Origin: Epiperipatus broadwayi | Taxonomy: Eukaryota; Animalia; Onychophora | Reading direction: 5' to 3' | NCBI GenBank assembly: GCA_028023455.1 | Contig: JAQFVV010000004.1 | Span: forward strand, 20,584,001-20,648,000 | Length of the DNA stretch: 64,000 nucleotides | Shown: piece after piece, positions 27,416 through 39,093 of the stretch | How the letters are laid out: each line of letters begins with the position of its first letter | How positions within the stretch are numbered: the first letter of the stretch is position 1 | Position numbers and translations under genes: made by a program | The notes under the pieces: generated by a model | Told to the model about the DNA's origin: nothing | What the model saw: only the letters and a program-made list of their open reading frames with translations | Database searches by the model: none

Positions 27416-29820
27416 AGGTATTGGTAAAATAAAAAATATTTATTACAGTATCATGGATAATTTTGTTAATGACTGTTTTGTACTAAGAATTGATATGGCT
27501 ATTCATAAGTTCCAGCAAAGGCTTCAGTTTCTACAAAGTTGCAGGCAATTTAATATATTACCTAATTGTGGTATTATTAAATCTATTTATGACTGAAACA
27601 AGCTCTGCAGATAAAATTGCTTGATACGAACATAAGAAATTGTAAGAATGCCCGTAAGAAAGAAAAGAAATAACTCAAATATAACAGGCAATGCTAACAA
27701 ACCTATATAGATTATTAATAAATGTGATATTTGAAATGAAACTGGCAGTAAAGTTTGAGAAGAAATTAAATTTTCTCGCTTGCAAACAGGACATTAATTT
27801 AACTAACAAAATCTTATGCCAACTTATCTAGGGTTCACCCGCCTCCGGAGGTCAAGTATACATCATCATTTGTACTAAGATTTGTGGGGGGGGGGGGGTC
27901 ATGGATTCAGCCTAAAATAGAGCTCATAGCTGACATCGAAATGGGGTTAATTAATAATCCATTCAGAGAACACTTTATCACTGCAGTAACTAAATCTATT
28001 AGAAATAAATGGTTAAAGGACGATAGCAGCTGGGGACAATATATATATACAAGACAAAAAAGCTCAGCGATAACATCTTTAAATGTATAAAAGAATATAA
28101 TGGCAACTAGTTTGTCTTAATGGATGCTGCGGACTATAAAGATAAAATGGACACGCAAATTCAAAGATTGAAGTTTGAGGCAATCACATTGTTCAATAAT
28201 AAAATTAACACAGATAAATTCATCACATCAGTTTTATGTGTACATAAGGATAAAGGCCTCAACAGAGCTGATTATTACAGAATTTGTCCATCCGCAACCA
28301 TATAACCAAGAATTTTCGCAAATGTAAAGCTGCATAAACAGCATGTGTCTCTAAGATTAATGTTGGACTTCGATGGCGTCCACTACTTTAACGCATCCAA
28401 ACTGGTCAATGAATGGCTAATCGACTATTTAGAATTTGGTTCATGTCCAATCAAATCATTGTTTGAACTCATGAATAGTCAAGAACACTGCAATTCCAAT
28501 TCAGAATCACAGCTGTTAGATATCGCAGAACTACGTGGTTTCATTGACAGACAGCTATCAAATAGAATAATTGAACATAAGCTGATCAGGAAACACTGCC
28601 CAGCTCGTAAGATACGGTTTATTGTTGACTTTAATGGCTGGATAGAAATATTTTGAAATTGTATGAAAACAACTGGTATAGAATGAACAACGGTTGGCCA
28701 ATGGGTCTCCCTATGAGCGGGATTGTCTCTAGCATGGTCTTAAATCACTTTGAAGAACAAATGCTTCCAAAATTTCAAACGTCAACACCAGGTACAATTT
28801 ATATCAGATATGTAGATGATATATTCATAGCAGCACCGGAAAATACTACCGCAGATATTTTATAGGAACTCCATACTCTTTTTAACCTAACTTTTAATTG
28901 CACATACAAAGATAATCAAAATGTAGTTAAGTATCTTGGCATTAAGATTAATAGAGAGAATGCTGCACTCAATTATTACATGATGATCAATCCCTTGCAC
29001 ATTAGAGGTTACCTCCATTCACTCTCATAATCTCCCAGATCACCTAAACTTGCAGGGCTACCTGCTTTCTTATTTATAGAGTCTGATAAGAAAAACATCA
29101 CCAGTTACATCAGAGACTTAATAGGCGTGGGTTTCTATCACAGAACAGTAGTCAACAGGATTGAATGCTTTCATAAAAGACTTCATCAAAACAATAAAAA
29201 GGAAAATAGGCAACACGTGATTGTGCCTACATTCCTGCAATGGCTAAAAAGTTTAGTAAAACTTTACATAAAGAATTCAAACTGGGATTTAGAATCCCAC
29301 CAAACACCAATAGGCTCCTTAATAATACCAAGGACAAAAGAAATGTTGAAGCAATCCCCCAGGTGGTATATAGAATTATATGCCCTCATACAGGATGTAG
29401 TACTGTTTATTACGGTGAGACTCCACAATTGATAATAGATTGACTCAACACAGATATACATACACACAAGCAGTAACCAAAAAAGGCAGTTCTGTTTTGC
29501 TGACCATCAGCAAGAGCATAACCATAGGTTTGAGCCTTCCAAAGCTGATATATTGTGTACAGAGAAGAATGACATCAAGAGAAAAATCAAGGAAGCTTGT
29601 TTTATTACCAGTGACACCAACACTATAAACAAGAAAGACACTTGCTTTGTCATTTCCAGAAAATGGATAATATAAAAATAAATGGTTTTGCATATAATAA
29701 CATTGACAATCTACAAGTCTATGATTATGGAGTAACGAAACTCTGAAAGTGCTCGGCCTAAATAAATTGTTATATGGAATATTTTCACCCCCAACGCATT
29801 AGCGCATTATTAAAAAAAAA
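27416..29820 (+). mobile_element. Penelope-like element family 2, downstream near-full-length copy (partial tandem)
   Basis: N-terminal FQQRLQFLQSCRQFNILP, VLMDAADYKDKM, GWPMGLPMSG, YIRYVDDIFI, VVYRIICPHTGCSTVYYGET (GIY-YIG). Confidence 0.9.
29715..29759 (+). ncRNA. Type I hammerhead-like motif, A3:U8 variant
   Basis: AAGTCT-ATGATTA-T-GGAGT-aacgaa-ACTCT-GAAA-GTGC-TC-GGCCT; stem I and the palindrome each carry substitutions relative to 27313-27356. Confidence 0.6.
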
Positions 29821-30895
29821 TATTGTTATTTATATGTGCAAGTTGAAAAGTACTGTACACTTGCATTTCAATAAACAATACATATTCTATTCTAATCATA
29901 GTTTATCAACAAAACATTATGTAATACATAATGGGGAACTTGTAACAAAATGTATCAGATATTATAGCTCCATTGTATTTTGCTATGTATTTGTGATTCC
30001 ATTATATGTTAATTGCCTTTTTCAAATGGAATGCATAGAGCTTCAATTTGACAATAAACTTGAAGAACAATTTGATCATGATCTATAAAAAATACATCCC
30101 CTTCTTCACAATTATAATCTTATTCATGTCATTGTTTTTATTAGTGTCTATATTTGCATACAACTATTTTCAAGAATGAAAGAAACAGAGTAAAATTAGA
30201 ACTAATATCTGATGAAATTTTGAGGATGCTCTGAAAATTGAACTACTTCTATCAAACCAAATACTGATGCATTTTTTGTCAAATATTCCACTTATTTATG
30301 TTGCCACCTTTTTTTTTTACATTTATACATTTAAAAATAATATATAAAAAACATCAATAATGTATTATTGCTTAAGATATGTATATTTTCTATATTATTA
30401 ATCATTACAATTTGGGACCTGCTAGACGATTTCAAAAGATTTTAAGGAGCCACTGCATAATTAGAATTATTATGTGAGAACTTTCCTTGTTTATCTGTCG
30501 TGGAAATATCACGAAAATCATGCATGGATTTTTTTGTTGTTGTTTATCAGTTTGCGTATTTAATGTGCAATCCAGAACAATTTTTCTTTTTCCAATGTGG
30601 TCCAGAAACACTAAAATTTAGTTTGACATCCCTGATTTAGATAATAAATTATTTATTAGAAATCTGAAAAATACTATATCCTGTTTTATTTAATATTTAT
30701 AAAGTATTTATTTGTTTTTTATGCATCATTAGCAAATTCTCAGTAAAGTTAAATCATTTTAAAATATGTATATCATCTTTGTTTTTTGGTATTTTAAAAA
30801 TTATTATAATAAAAATAGGGTTATTTAATATATTAATATCAATTTTTTTTTCTAAGGTGAAACATTTTGTTTGTTTGTTTAGTGAGTGGTTAATT

Positions 30896-30922
30896 ATGGC
30901 CGAACCTGATAGGGCATCAGAT
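30896..30922 (+). CDS. Putative first coding exon of Aurora kinase (MAEPDRASD)
   Basis: ATG in good context (A at -3, G at +4), consensus donor GAT|GTAAGT at 30923, pyrimidine-rich acceptors at 30856 or 30882 upstream, phase 0 matching exon 43686. Not conserved, so inferred from signals only. Confidence 0.6.
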
Positions 30923-32494
30923 GTAAGTATTTTTCTCTTAAATTTCCTGAAAATTACACATACACATGTATGTATGTTACAAAGAGGTACAGGTTTACAT
31001 TAATGGATAGGATCTGTATCCTGCTTAAGATGAAATGAATCTAACTCAGAATAATATACAAAATATTTTATATACAATAGTATTCTAATAATAATGATGA
31101 TAAGAGAATACATATCATACAATACATTGCCAGTACATTACAATAAGAAATATATTAGTTTACTCTCTATTGCTGCAGCTAGTTTTCTTATCTGAAATTT
31201 TTTTAGATAGGTATGAATTTGTGATTATATGAGCAAATTTATTATTTTTTTTTTTTGGTTTTAAATAGAGTTTGAATTATTTATAATTAATTAAAATCAG
31301 AAAGCCTTTCTTTTGTCTCTGTTAAAAGATATGCATATGATAAATTAGACTGAAACAGATTTGATTAGATAACAAAATCAAATACTAAAATAATATTGCT
31401 CTTTTTCTTTCCTTTTTTTGTACAGAAAGTGAACATATATAATTTTTTAACATATGCACTATAGAAAGATTATTATTGGATTTTATATCATATATTAGCA
31501 TTATTTATGACTTAATATTACATGAAAGTGTTTGATGATTTGTGTTTATTACTAAAGATTATTGATTGTAATGATATAAACTTATTTGTATCACTTGAGT
31601 TCATATTGTGAAACTAAGGCATTAATTTTACACTGTGTTCTTGTTTCAATTTATATTCGCTTAATTGTTAATTATGATATAAACAAATGAAGTAATTGTT
31701 TAATGATAATTGGATGAGTATTTAATTAGATTGTTGTTAATTGCCAGATTTAGTTTTGTACATAAATACATGATTCTTTATTTCATTTGGTCAGAAATAA
31801 ATGCACATCTTTCCATATTGCATGAAATAACACTGTTGCTATATAATCTTCATAATTAAAAAATATTATTAAGTAACTTTTAGGGATTAATAATGGTCTA
31901 TCATATATTAAGACTAGTATGTGGTAATAGTTATTATATAGTAAAAGATTTTAATAGTTTTCATTTTCATAAAATATACACTTGAAATGTCTAAATTAAA
32001 GTTTGAAACAGTTGTAACATTAAGATCATATTTTTTGAAAATAAAATAACATATCTAATTCTTTTAGTAATAGACTAAAATAAAAGTAATTTTTAAAATT
32101 AATTTAATTTGTCCAATAGACCTTTCAGGATCAGCTGAAGTTTAGCATTTAAATTGAAATATAAGGTTGGAAAGTAAAAGGCTTGAAGATTGAGCTTCAA
32201 AAATATTCCTATAAAATTGAATTTTAAATGAGTTTTAAACTGATTTATATGATCAACAAACAATTGAGCTATGTTCAAATGATAGATGTTTAGAGGATGT
32301 TTAGATAATTTTTCAAAGAGTATAGTACATTAGTAATTCTGATGATTAGTACAAGTTATATGAGTTGAAAATATTTTATATTGAAGTGAATCAATATAAG
32401 AAACTAGAGTTAGGCTACATAACTTAAAAACAATCATCAAAATTATATGAAATAATAAATAGTTAACAACAAATGAATTAATTCATCAAATATC

Positions 32495-33310
32495 ACATGA
32501 TCACCATTCTTTATGCTTACACAAGCTGTTTTTCATAGGTAAAATTCCATACTGTAGTGCCACTCTGTGCAAGCTAGAGTAATCAATGGATGCAGGAAGG
32601 TTTGCATAAAATCCCTATCTAATGCCTCCTCATCCAATATCCCCAGACTAGCAACTCTCCAGCAGTCACCTTTTATTTTTTTACTTAAGTCCAAAATAAA
32701 GACACAATAATATTTTCAAGCTATGCTCATTAGCTTGTGTAGTTATATAATTCTGAACACAGTTCAGCATCTATACTTTTTGATATCTGGTTTTTTAATA
32801 ATCACAGACACCATAAATTCCTATTGGGCAGGATTGATATTAAACCATCAAACATCACATGATCTATTTTTTATGCTTACTAACACAAGCTGCTTTTTCA
32901 CAGAGGCAAAACTTTCCATACAGAAGCACCACTCACTGTGAGCCAGAGTAATCAATGGATGCAGGAAGGCTTGTGTATAAAATTCCTATCTAATGCTTGT
33001 GGTTATTAAAGAACCAAAGACACCAAAAAGTTGGCTGCTGAACTGAGTTCAGATCTATACAAACTAATGAGCTTAGCTAGAAAATATTAAAGTTTTATAG
33101 TTAGCTAAAAAAGTAAAAGGTGGCTGCTGGAGAATTGCATCAGATCCTAAAATCTAGGTGCAAAGCCACAAGCTAGAAACTAGTCTGGGGATATTGAATG
33201 AGTAAGCAATTAGATAGGGATTTTATGCACAAACCTTCCTGCATCCATTGATTACTCTGCCTTGCACTGATCAGTGCTACTGTATGGAGAGTTTTGCCTC
33301 TGTGAAGAAC
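32495..33310. repeat. Cluster of three copies of the unnamed ~170-bp repeat (32495-32660 +, 32850-33000 +, 33175-33310 -)
   Basis: Shared core cagagtaatcaatggatgcaggaagg..taaaatccctatctaat; the third copy is inverted. Confidence 0.85.
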
Positions 33311-34549
33311 AAATTTATTTGCTGTTAAATTATTTAATAAAAAAATAAAAAATTTGCCACTATTCAATAACTGTAAAATAAAAATACCCGCATATTTGTT
33401 GTATTATTTTGTGAAAAATTGGGAAAAGTAAACCACAAGATAAAAAGATTCTCACTATTCACATATTTATTGTTCATATTATTTAATTGAAAAACAATTT
33501 TTTATATTCTTTTATTAAAATCTCAAAACATCTTGATTTAAAACTATGCATGAAATTAATCATTTAGCTAAACTATGGGAAAATGCTAGACTTATTGCTT
33601 AGTATTTCAGTAGTGTTTTATTTGGTGTTTCCCTAGGAGTGTAAAAAAAGGATAAAGTACATATTAAATCAGTATTCTTCTTTGGTACATTATATTATCA
33701 TCTGGCTAAAGATTATCTTGAAATAGCATGGGTTTATATCTCAAAACATTTCTTTAAATATCTCATCTGCACATGATTTGTTAGTATGTATACCATTTTC
33801 TTCAGTTAATTAAAGTGCTTCATTATATCCTTTTTTAAGTTTTCATTACATATGTTACAGTTCTAGGACTGTGTACTTGTCTGTAATCCCACTAGATCAT
33901 TTGAAACAAAGTAGACTTTTTTGTTATATGTGTATAATACTTTATTTTTATGTTTGAAGTGATTGACAAATGCATAATTGATCAACAAATAGACTTCAAA
34001 TGTTTTAAAATAACAATGGCACCTTTATTAAAATGTATAACATTAGAAAATTAACATATATTAAACTACACAACAAAAATAAAAAAATTTAATTAACCAA
34101 AAAACTTCATATATTGTCTTTCTTTATCACTAAATTGTAATTAATCTAAGTTGTTTTTGAAACTGGTATTAATTTTATATTTTATTCATTTTTATAATGA
34201 CCATGTAATGCCATTTAAAATTTTTGACCAGTCAATCTCAATGAAAATTGGTAATTACTGGAGTTATGACAATAGAAAATGATTTCAGGTTACGTATGTA
34301 AACTTATTACAAATTATCATTTAGAGAAAACACAGCTGACCATTATGCATTGGCCACAATAAAATAAATTTTATTGGGAAAAATTGGTTTACATTGTTTG
34401 ATATTTCTATGATCAAAAAGATTTTGCTAGAGAAAGAAAATACATTCCAGACACTTCTCAAAAGTAAACAGTATTGTAATACCCATTGAAAATTTAGAAT
34501 AGGTTATCTCTATACCAATTATCTTGCAAAATGAATATTAATCTACATT

Positions 34550-34930
34550 TTGTTAGTAATTGTGGCATAACATTTAATCAAATATTAAGTAAAAATAATA
34601 ACTTAGTATCAAAGCTGGAATGATATACATTGTCAAAAATTAGATATGAATGCTACATTTTATTATGTATCTGTTACTGAGTGAGAACTTTATGGAGATT
34701 CTCACTTTGACTAGTCATTAGGTCTGTTAAAATGCAATTAATTATCATTGGCTATTAGTGTTGCAACAAATAGCTTTCAGTTAAAGTTGGACCAGTTATT
34801 TTTAGGAATGTGTAGTTGCATATTTTGACAATATAATAATAGTAAATTCAGGATAAGATCTACAGCAACAAGTAGATAAAGTTTGCGAGAACATTGTAAA
34901 ACTTGGCATCAAATTAAAGGCTGAAAAATA
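34550..34930 (+). mobile_element. Gypsy RT relic
   Basis: SKLDMNATFYYV-like and AYFDNIII (YxDD region), LQQQVDKV..KLGIKLKAEK. Confidence 0.55.
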
Positions 34931-34999
34931 TACATAGATCATTTCATAATTTATTGCAGCATATTATAGTCTGTAAATGGAAAAAAAAAATATTGAAAA

Positions 35000-37244
35000 G
35001 ATACTGTTAAAATATGAAAAGTTAGGAGTGCCAAAAAAATATGATTTCTTTGGTCTTACTAGCTATTTTGAGTTTTTTTTTTGTTTTTTTTAAGGAATAG
35101 GTTTTCATAACTCATCCATTATATGAACTATTTGGGATAAATCAGAAATGAGGTTCATAACAAGTCCACATGTAGTCATCAAAACCAAGAATTTGATGAT
35201 ATTAGACAAACTGTTAGTTATAATAATCATATAGAAGTAATATTACGTACAGGTTTATTTGAATAAGAGATTGAAACTCTGTTATAAGTTACCTAATGGA
35301 GAAGATGAGCGACCCATTTTATATGTGTTAAAAACCTTGTCAAGGTAAAACAGTTATCTAAATAAAAAACCCTAATGATTATTTTTGGAATTAAAACATT
35401 TCACTAGTTTTTACTTAGTTGGAAATTTATTGTCATAACCAATCACAAAACATTACTGAGATATTTTTCAGTATCAAAATAAATAATTATCTGATTATTG
35501 TAGCCCACACTTATTGGATTAGGTTGAAATTCTATATGGATACAATTATTATTCTTAGAATAGAAAGGATATGTCCTAAATGTTAGATAAAGAGGACACC
35601 TCCACAGTACAGATTTCTATTATATTGATAAATTGGATGATAAAGATTTGAATGTATGAACTTTGTTTTATTCAGTCACCTATAATCAATATATCATTAA
35701 TAGCCAACATTGATAAAACTTTTTAATAGCATTCAGACAAGATGACATTGAGTTGCATTTTTTTTTTTTTTTTACATTATTTCTTACATATTAACTAAAT
35801 CAAGAAAACCATATATTATTGTTTATGAACTAATTTTACTGGTTATAATTGAGATAATAGGTATTATGCTATACAGCCCAACATCTAATATTAAGAAAAT
35901 TTCTTTGGATAATAAGACAGTACAAATGAATTTATGAAATAACTCTAGATGTTGAAGATTCATTATGTTAATATTTTCTAAAATTTGCAAACTAATACTT
36001 GCAAGAGACTCAATATTTCATGCAAAACCATGAATTATTGGGTAAAGAGCTATTATCAAGAAAATTTCTTTGAACATTAATACAATGCAGAGAAGAATTA
36101 ATAAAATTGTTAAGATGTTAAAGACTTAATATATGAATATTTATTAAAAAATTAAAGTAATTCTATAAGAGAATCAATTGTTCATGTATTCAAGGAGTTG
36201 CTACTGATAGTGCTCCAGTGATGATAAGACCCTATAAATGAGTTTTCTTCTATATTTCATAAAAGTGATTCCAAATGTATTCTCTATTCACTTTATCATT
36301 CATAAACGTTTATTGACAAAAATCTGAGTGAATATCTACTAAGGTTAATATAGTATGTCATTAAAGTAATCATTTAAATCGGAAACACTTCATTGAATGA
36401 TAGATTGTTTGAATAATTTGGTATTGAAAACATAGAAGTTTGTTGGCTATCAATAGTTATTTGTGTGGATCAGTTTTATAAATACTTCGATTTAGCCTAG
36501 AGTTTCTAGTAAGCAAACATGATGCTTTGCAAGGCAGCTCGATTGATTCCAGAAATGACATGGCTTAATAAATTTAACAAAACAAGTACAGTCTTAAGGC
36601 AATAAATAACATATTAATTACACCAGCAATTTAAAGATATTTTTAAAATGTATATATCCAATGCATTTTAGATTCATTTTCATGTACAAACACAAAGGAA
36701 TCTCCCAAAATTACAAGAGGAACCGTATAGAAATAGTAACGAATGAGGAATTTAAATTCAGACAGCTACCAACAGTTCTCACCCAAAACCATATCTATTT
36801 TTTTATAATACAAAAGAGTTTAATTGTCAGTTTTTTTAGTTAAAAAAAGAAACAATCTATAATTGGTTAATCAAGGTGATTTAAGAATGCTAATGTCAAA
36901 AATTGAGTTGAACTTTAATGGATTGATAGCAAAACATCAGTGTATTCTTTTCATTAAGATTATTCTTAATATTACTCATGATTTATATTTTATTTTTCAT
37001 TGTCTTAATTTTTTGTGAATAATGCAAATAATATTGTTGATTTTAAAAAAATATTATTATTTCCAGATTCAAGTTATCTTATTTGCAACATTTTTTTATT
37101 ATTATTTTAATATAGAAATAAAGTTGCATAAAAGAACAGAAATTTGTCACTGCATTTTTCTGTTTGTTAGTTTAAAGAAGGTAGATTTTAGAGGGTCATT
37201 GAATTTTTGGAGGGCAATAAAACAAATAAAATTGGGAACCTCTG
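35000..37244 (+). mobile_element. Decayed hAT Charlie/Buster-type transposon (transposase pseudogene + right TIR)
   Basis: VATDSAPVM (catalytic D), IHFIIHKRLL (CxxH), IEVCWLS (EVRWLS), stop near 36958; right TIR ATTGGGAACCTCTG ending 37244, followed by Charlie-like target CTCTAAGT. Left TIR not found. Confidence 0.75.
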
Positions 37245-37965
37245 CTCTAAGTCATCAAAATCTTTATCATTTTGTGATGACACTTTGGAGTCACAACAAT
37301 TAATGCATCAATCGTCAGAGTAAGTGAAGCATTTCCATTTTAGAAAAAAGACTCATACAATTGAAGGAATATTTTTGTATGCTGGGATCCAATTAGTTTT
37401 TCTTGCAAAACTTTTCTGACAAATTTGTTAACTGTAAATAATCATACCATAAACTATGAGATTAGACTTTTTGGAGACTTTTACTATTCATTTTTTAAAT
37501 CGGTGTTTGCAATATTTATGTATTACCAAATATCACAATATTTTTGATTGCTTGTCAGTTTGAGAGTAGTGAGCATTTTTAAAAGTCAATATTGGTTTAA
37601 AAGAATTGATTGATTGTTAATTGATGCTAAAAACTGATCTTTCAATCATGTTAAAAATTGAAACTCATACCAGAATTCGAAAAATTTTATGAATGGTTTG
37701 GTATTGGATCTTTTTTAATGTTGACATTTAAGTTAAGAAATTTTGATTTAACTTAACTGGCAGTATTGTGGTTGGTGTCATTATTCATAAATTGAAATAC
37801 TGATAATTCGGTACAGATTGACTCGGTAAATGGCATTTGCATATCATAGTTTTTGATTAGTTCTTTTTTAATGATGAAAATCTTAGTTTTATCATTTCTT
37901 TATCAATAATTCTGCACTGACACGCTTAGGTTAGAGACGTTTAATATTGTAAAATTATATGTTTA

Positions 37966-38020
37966 TCTGCGCTGAGCGCTTTCGAAGTTCATGGACTTCA
38001 TATTCATAGCTGAGTGCAGA
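37966..38020 (-). ncRNA. Type I hammerhead-like motif, A3:U8 variant, in probable PLE relic
   Basis: Minus: UCUGC(acuca)GCU-AUGAAUA-U-GAAGU-ccauga-ACUUC-GAAA-GCGC-UC-AGC-GCAGA; perfect stem II with a G-C closing pair and bulged stem I. Confidence 0.65.
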
Positions 38021-38618
38021 CGATAGTAATGAGGAGACATATACTAATTTATGTGAATTAGTTAGTTGTTAATTGTGTCGTAGATCTTGGCATTTTTGTT
38101 TTTGCAAGATAATCCACAGTAGCTGATGAACAAGAATTTTATCCAAATTAAAGTTGATAGAGGTGTTTACTGAGATTTCTTAAATATGTTGTCATGCTTA
38201 ATGTACTTTTTTGAGTGTTTTTTTTTTGTAATAAGTGAAGTTATTTCATGTTCTGAAAGCAGATTTTTCCTTTTCACAATTATTATTATTATTATTTTTT
38301 TAATAGACAGTTCTAGAATCTGGGGTTATAAAGAAACCAGTGCTAACTTTTTTGTCAAGACTGTTAAATCATTTCATTTTATTAACTATCTTTCTATGCA
38401 CATTAGTATTTGATTTTGATACAAGTTTTTATTTGAATAATTTCCAAATAATTACATTGTAATTTATATATATATGAAAAACAAAAACGAGTTTTAATCA
38501 CGTTAAAACCTGCTGACGCTTGTATTTATGATCAATAGATGGCATTTTTACCAAAAACACGATCAAGCGTTTGTTTACATAAACGTTCAAAGAGTCAGAA
38601 TTAACTATCTCTTTCGTT

Positions 38619-38682
38619 TTAGCCCACTTTCAGATCAGCTGATTTCAAGCTATTTGCTATCATCAGTGAAAGACAGAGCCAA
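38619..38682 (-). ncRNA. Canonical-core type I hammerhead ribozyme, unit 1
   Basis: UUGGCUC-ugu-CUUUCA-CUGAUGA-UAGC-aaaua-GCUU-GAAA-UCAGCUGA-UC-UGAAAG-u-GGGCUAA: 6-bp + 7-bp stem I with an internal loop, intact CUGAUGA/GAAA/UC core, palindromic stem III; predicted cleavage between 38633 and 38632. Confidence 0.85.
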
Positions 38683-39029
38683 GAAATTAGATCTAAAAAC
38701 TGACTCCAAGTGTTTATGCACAGTGTCTATCAGTTTGCAAGCATGAAATTTTTCAGACCGATAAAGTCTTCAAATTCAGCCAAACAAGCTAGATAGCTAT
38801 ATGGGTCTGATCTCGGTTCAGCTTCTCCACATAGTAAAAGCCTCTGCAATTTATATCATTGCGGAAACCTTTAAAGGTAGATTTATGAAAAACAAAAACA
38901 AGTTTTAATCACGTTAAAACCTGCTGACGCTTGTATTTATGATCAATAGATGGCGTTTTTACCAAAAACCCGATCAAGCGTTTGTTTACATAAACGATCA
39001 AAGAGTCAGAATTAACTATCTCTTTCGTT

Positions 39030-39093
39030 TTAGCCCACTTTCAGATCAGCTGATTTCAAACTATTTGCTATCATCAGTGAAAGACAGAGCCAA
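39030..39093 (-). ncRNA. Canonical-core type I hammerhead ribozyme, unit 2
   Basis: Same as unit 1 shifted by exactly 411 nt; one stem II change (G-C to G-U); predicted cleavage between 39044 and 39043. Confidence 0.83.

Noticed and set aside
30209-30240. CTGATGA...GAG-GATG-CTC-T-GAAA hammerhead-like string
   Set aside because: Six extra nucleotides before stem II and no stem I/III pairing or UH site; other isolated CTGANGA hits (e.g. ~1266, ~49591) also lack the fold.
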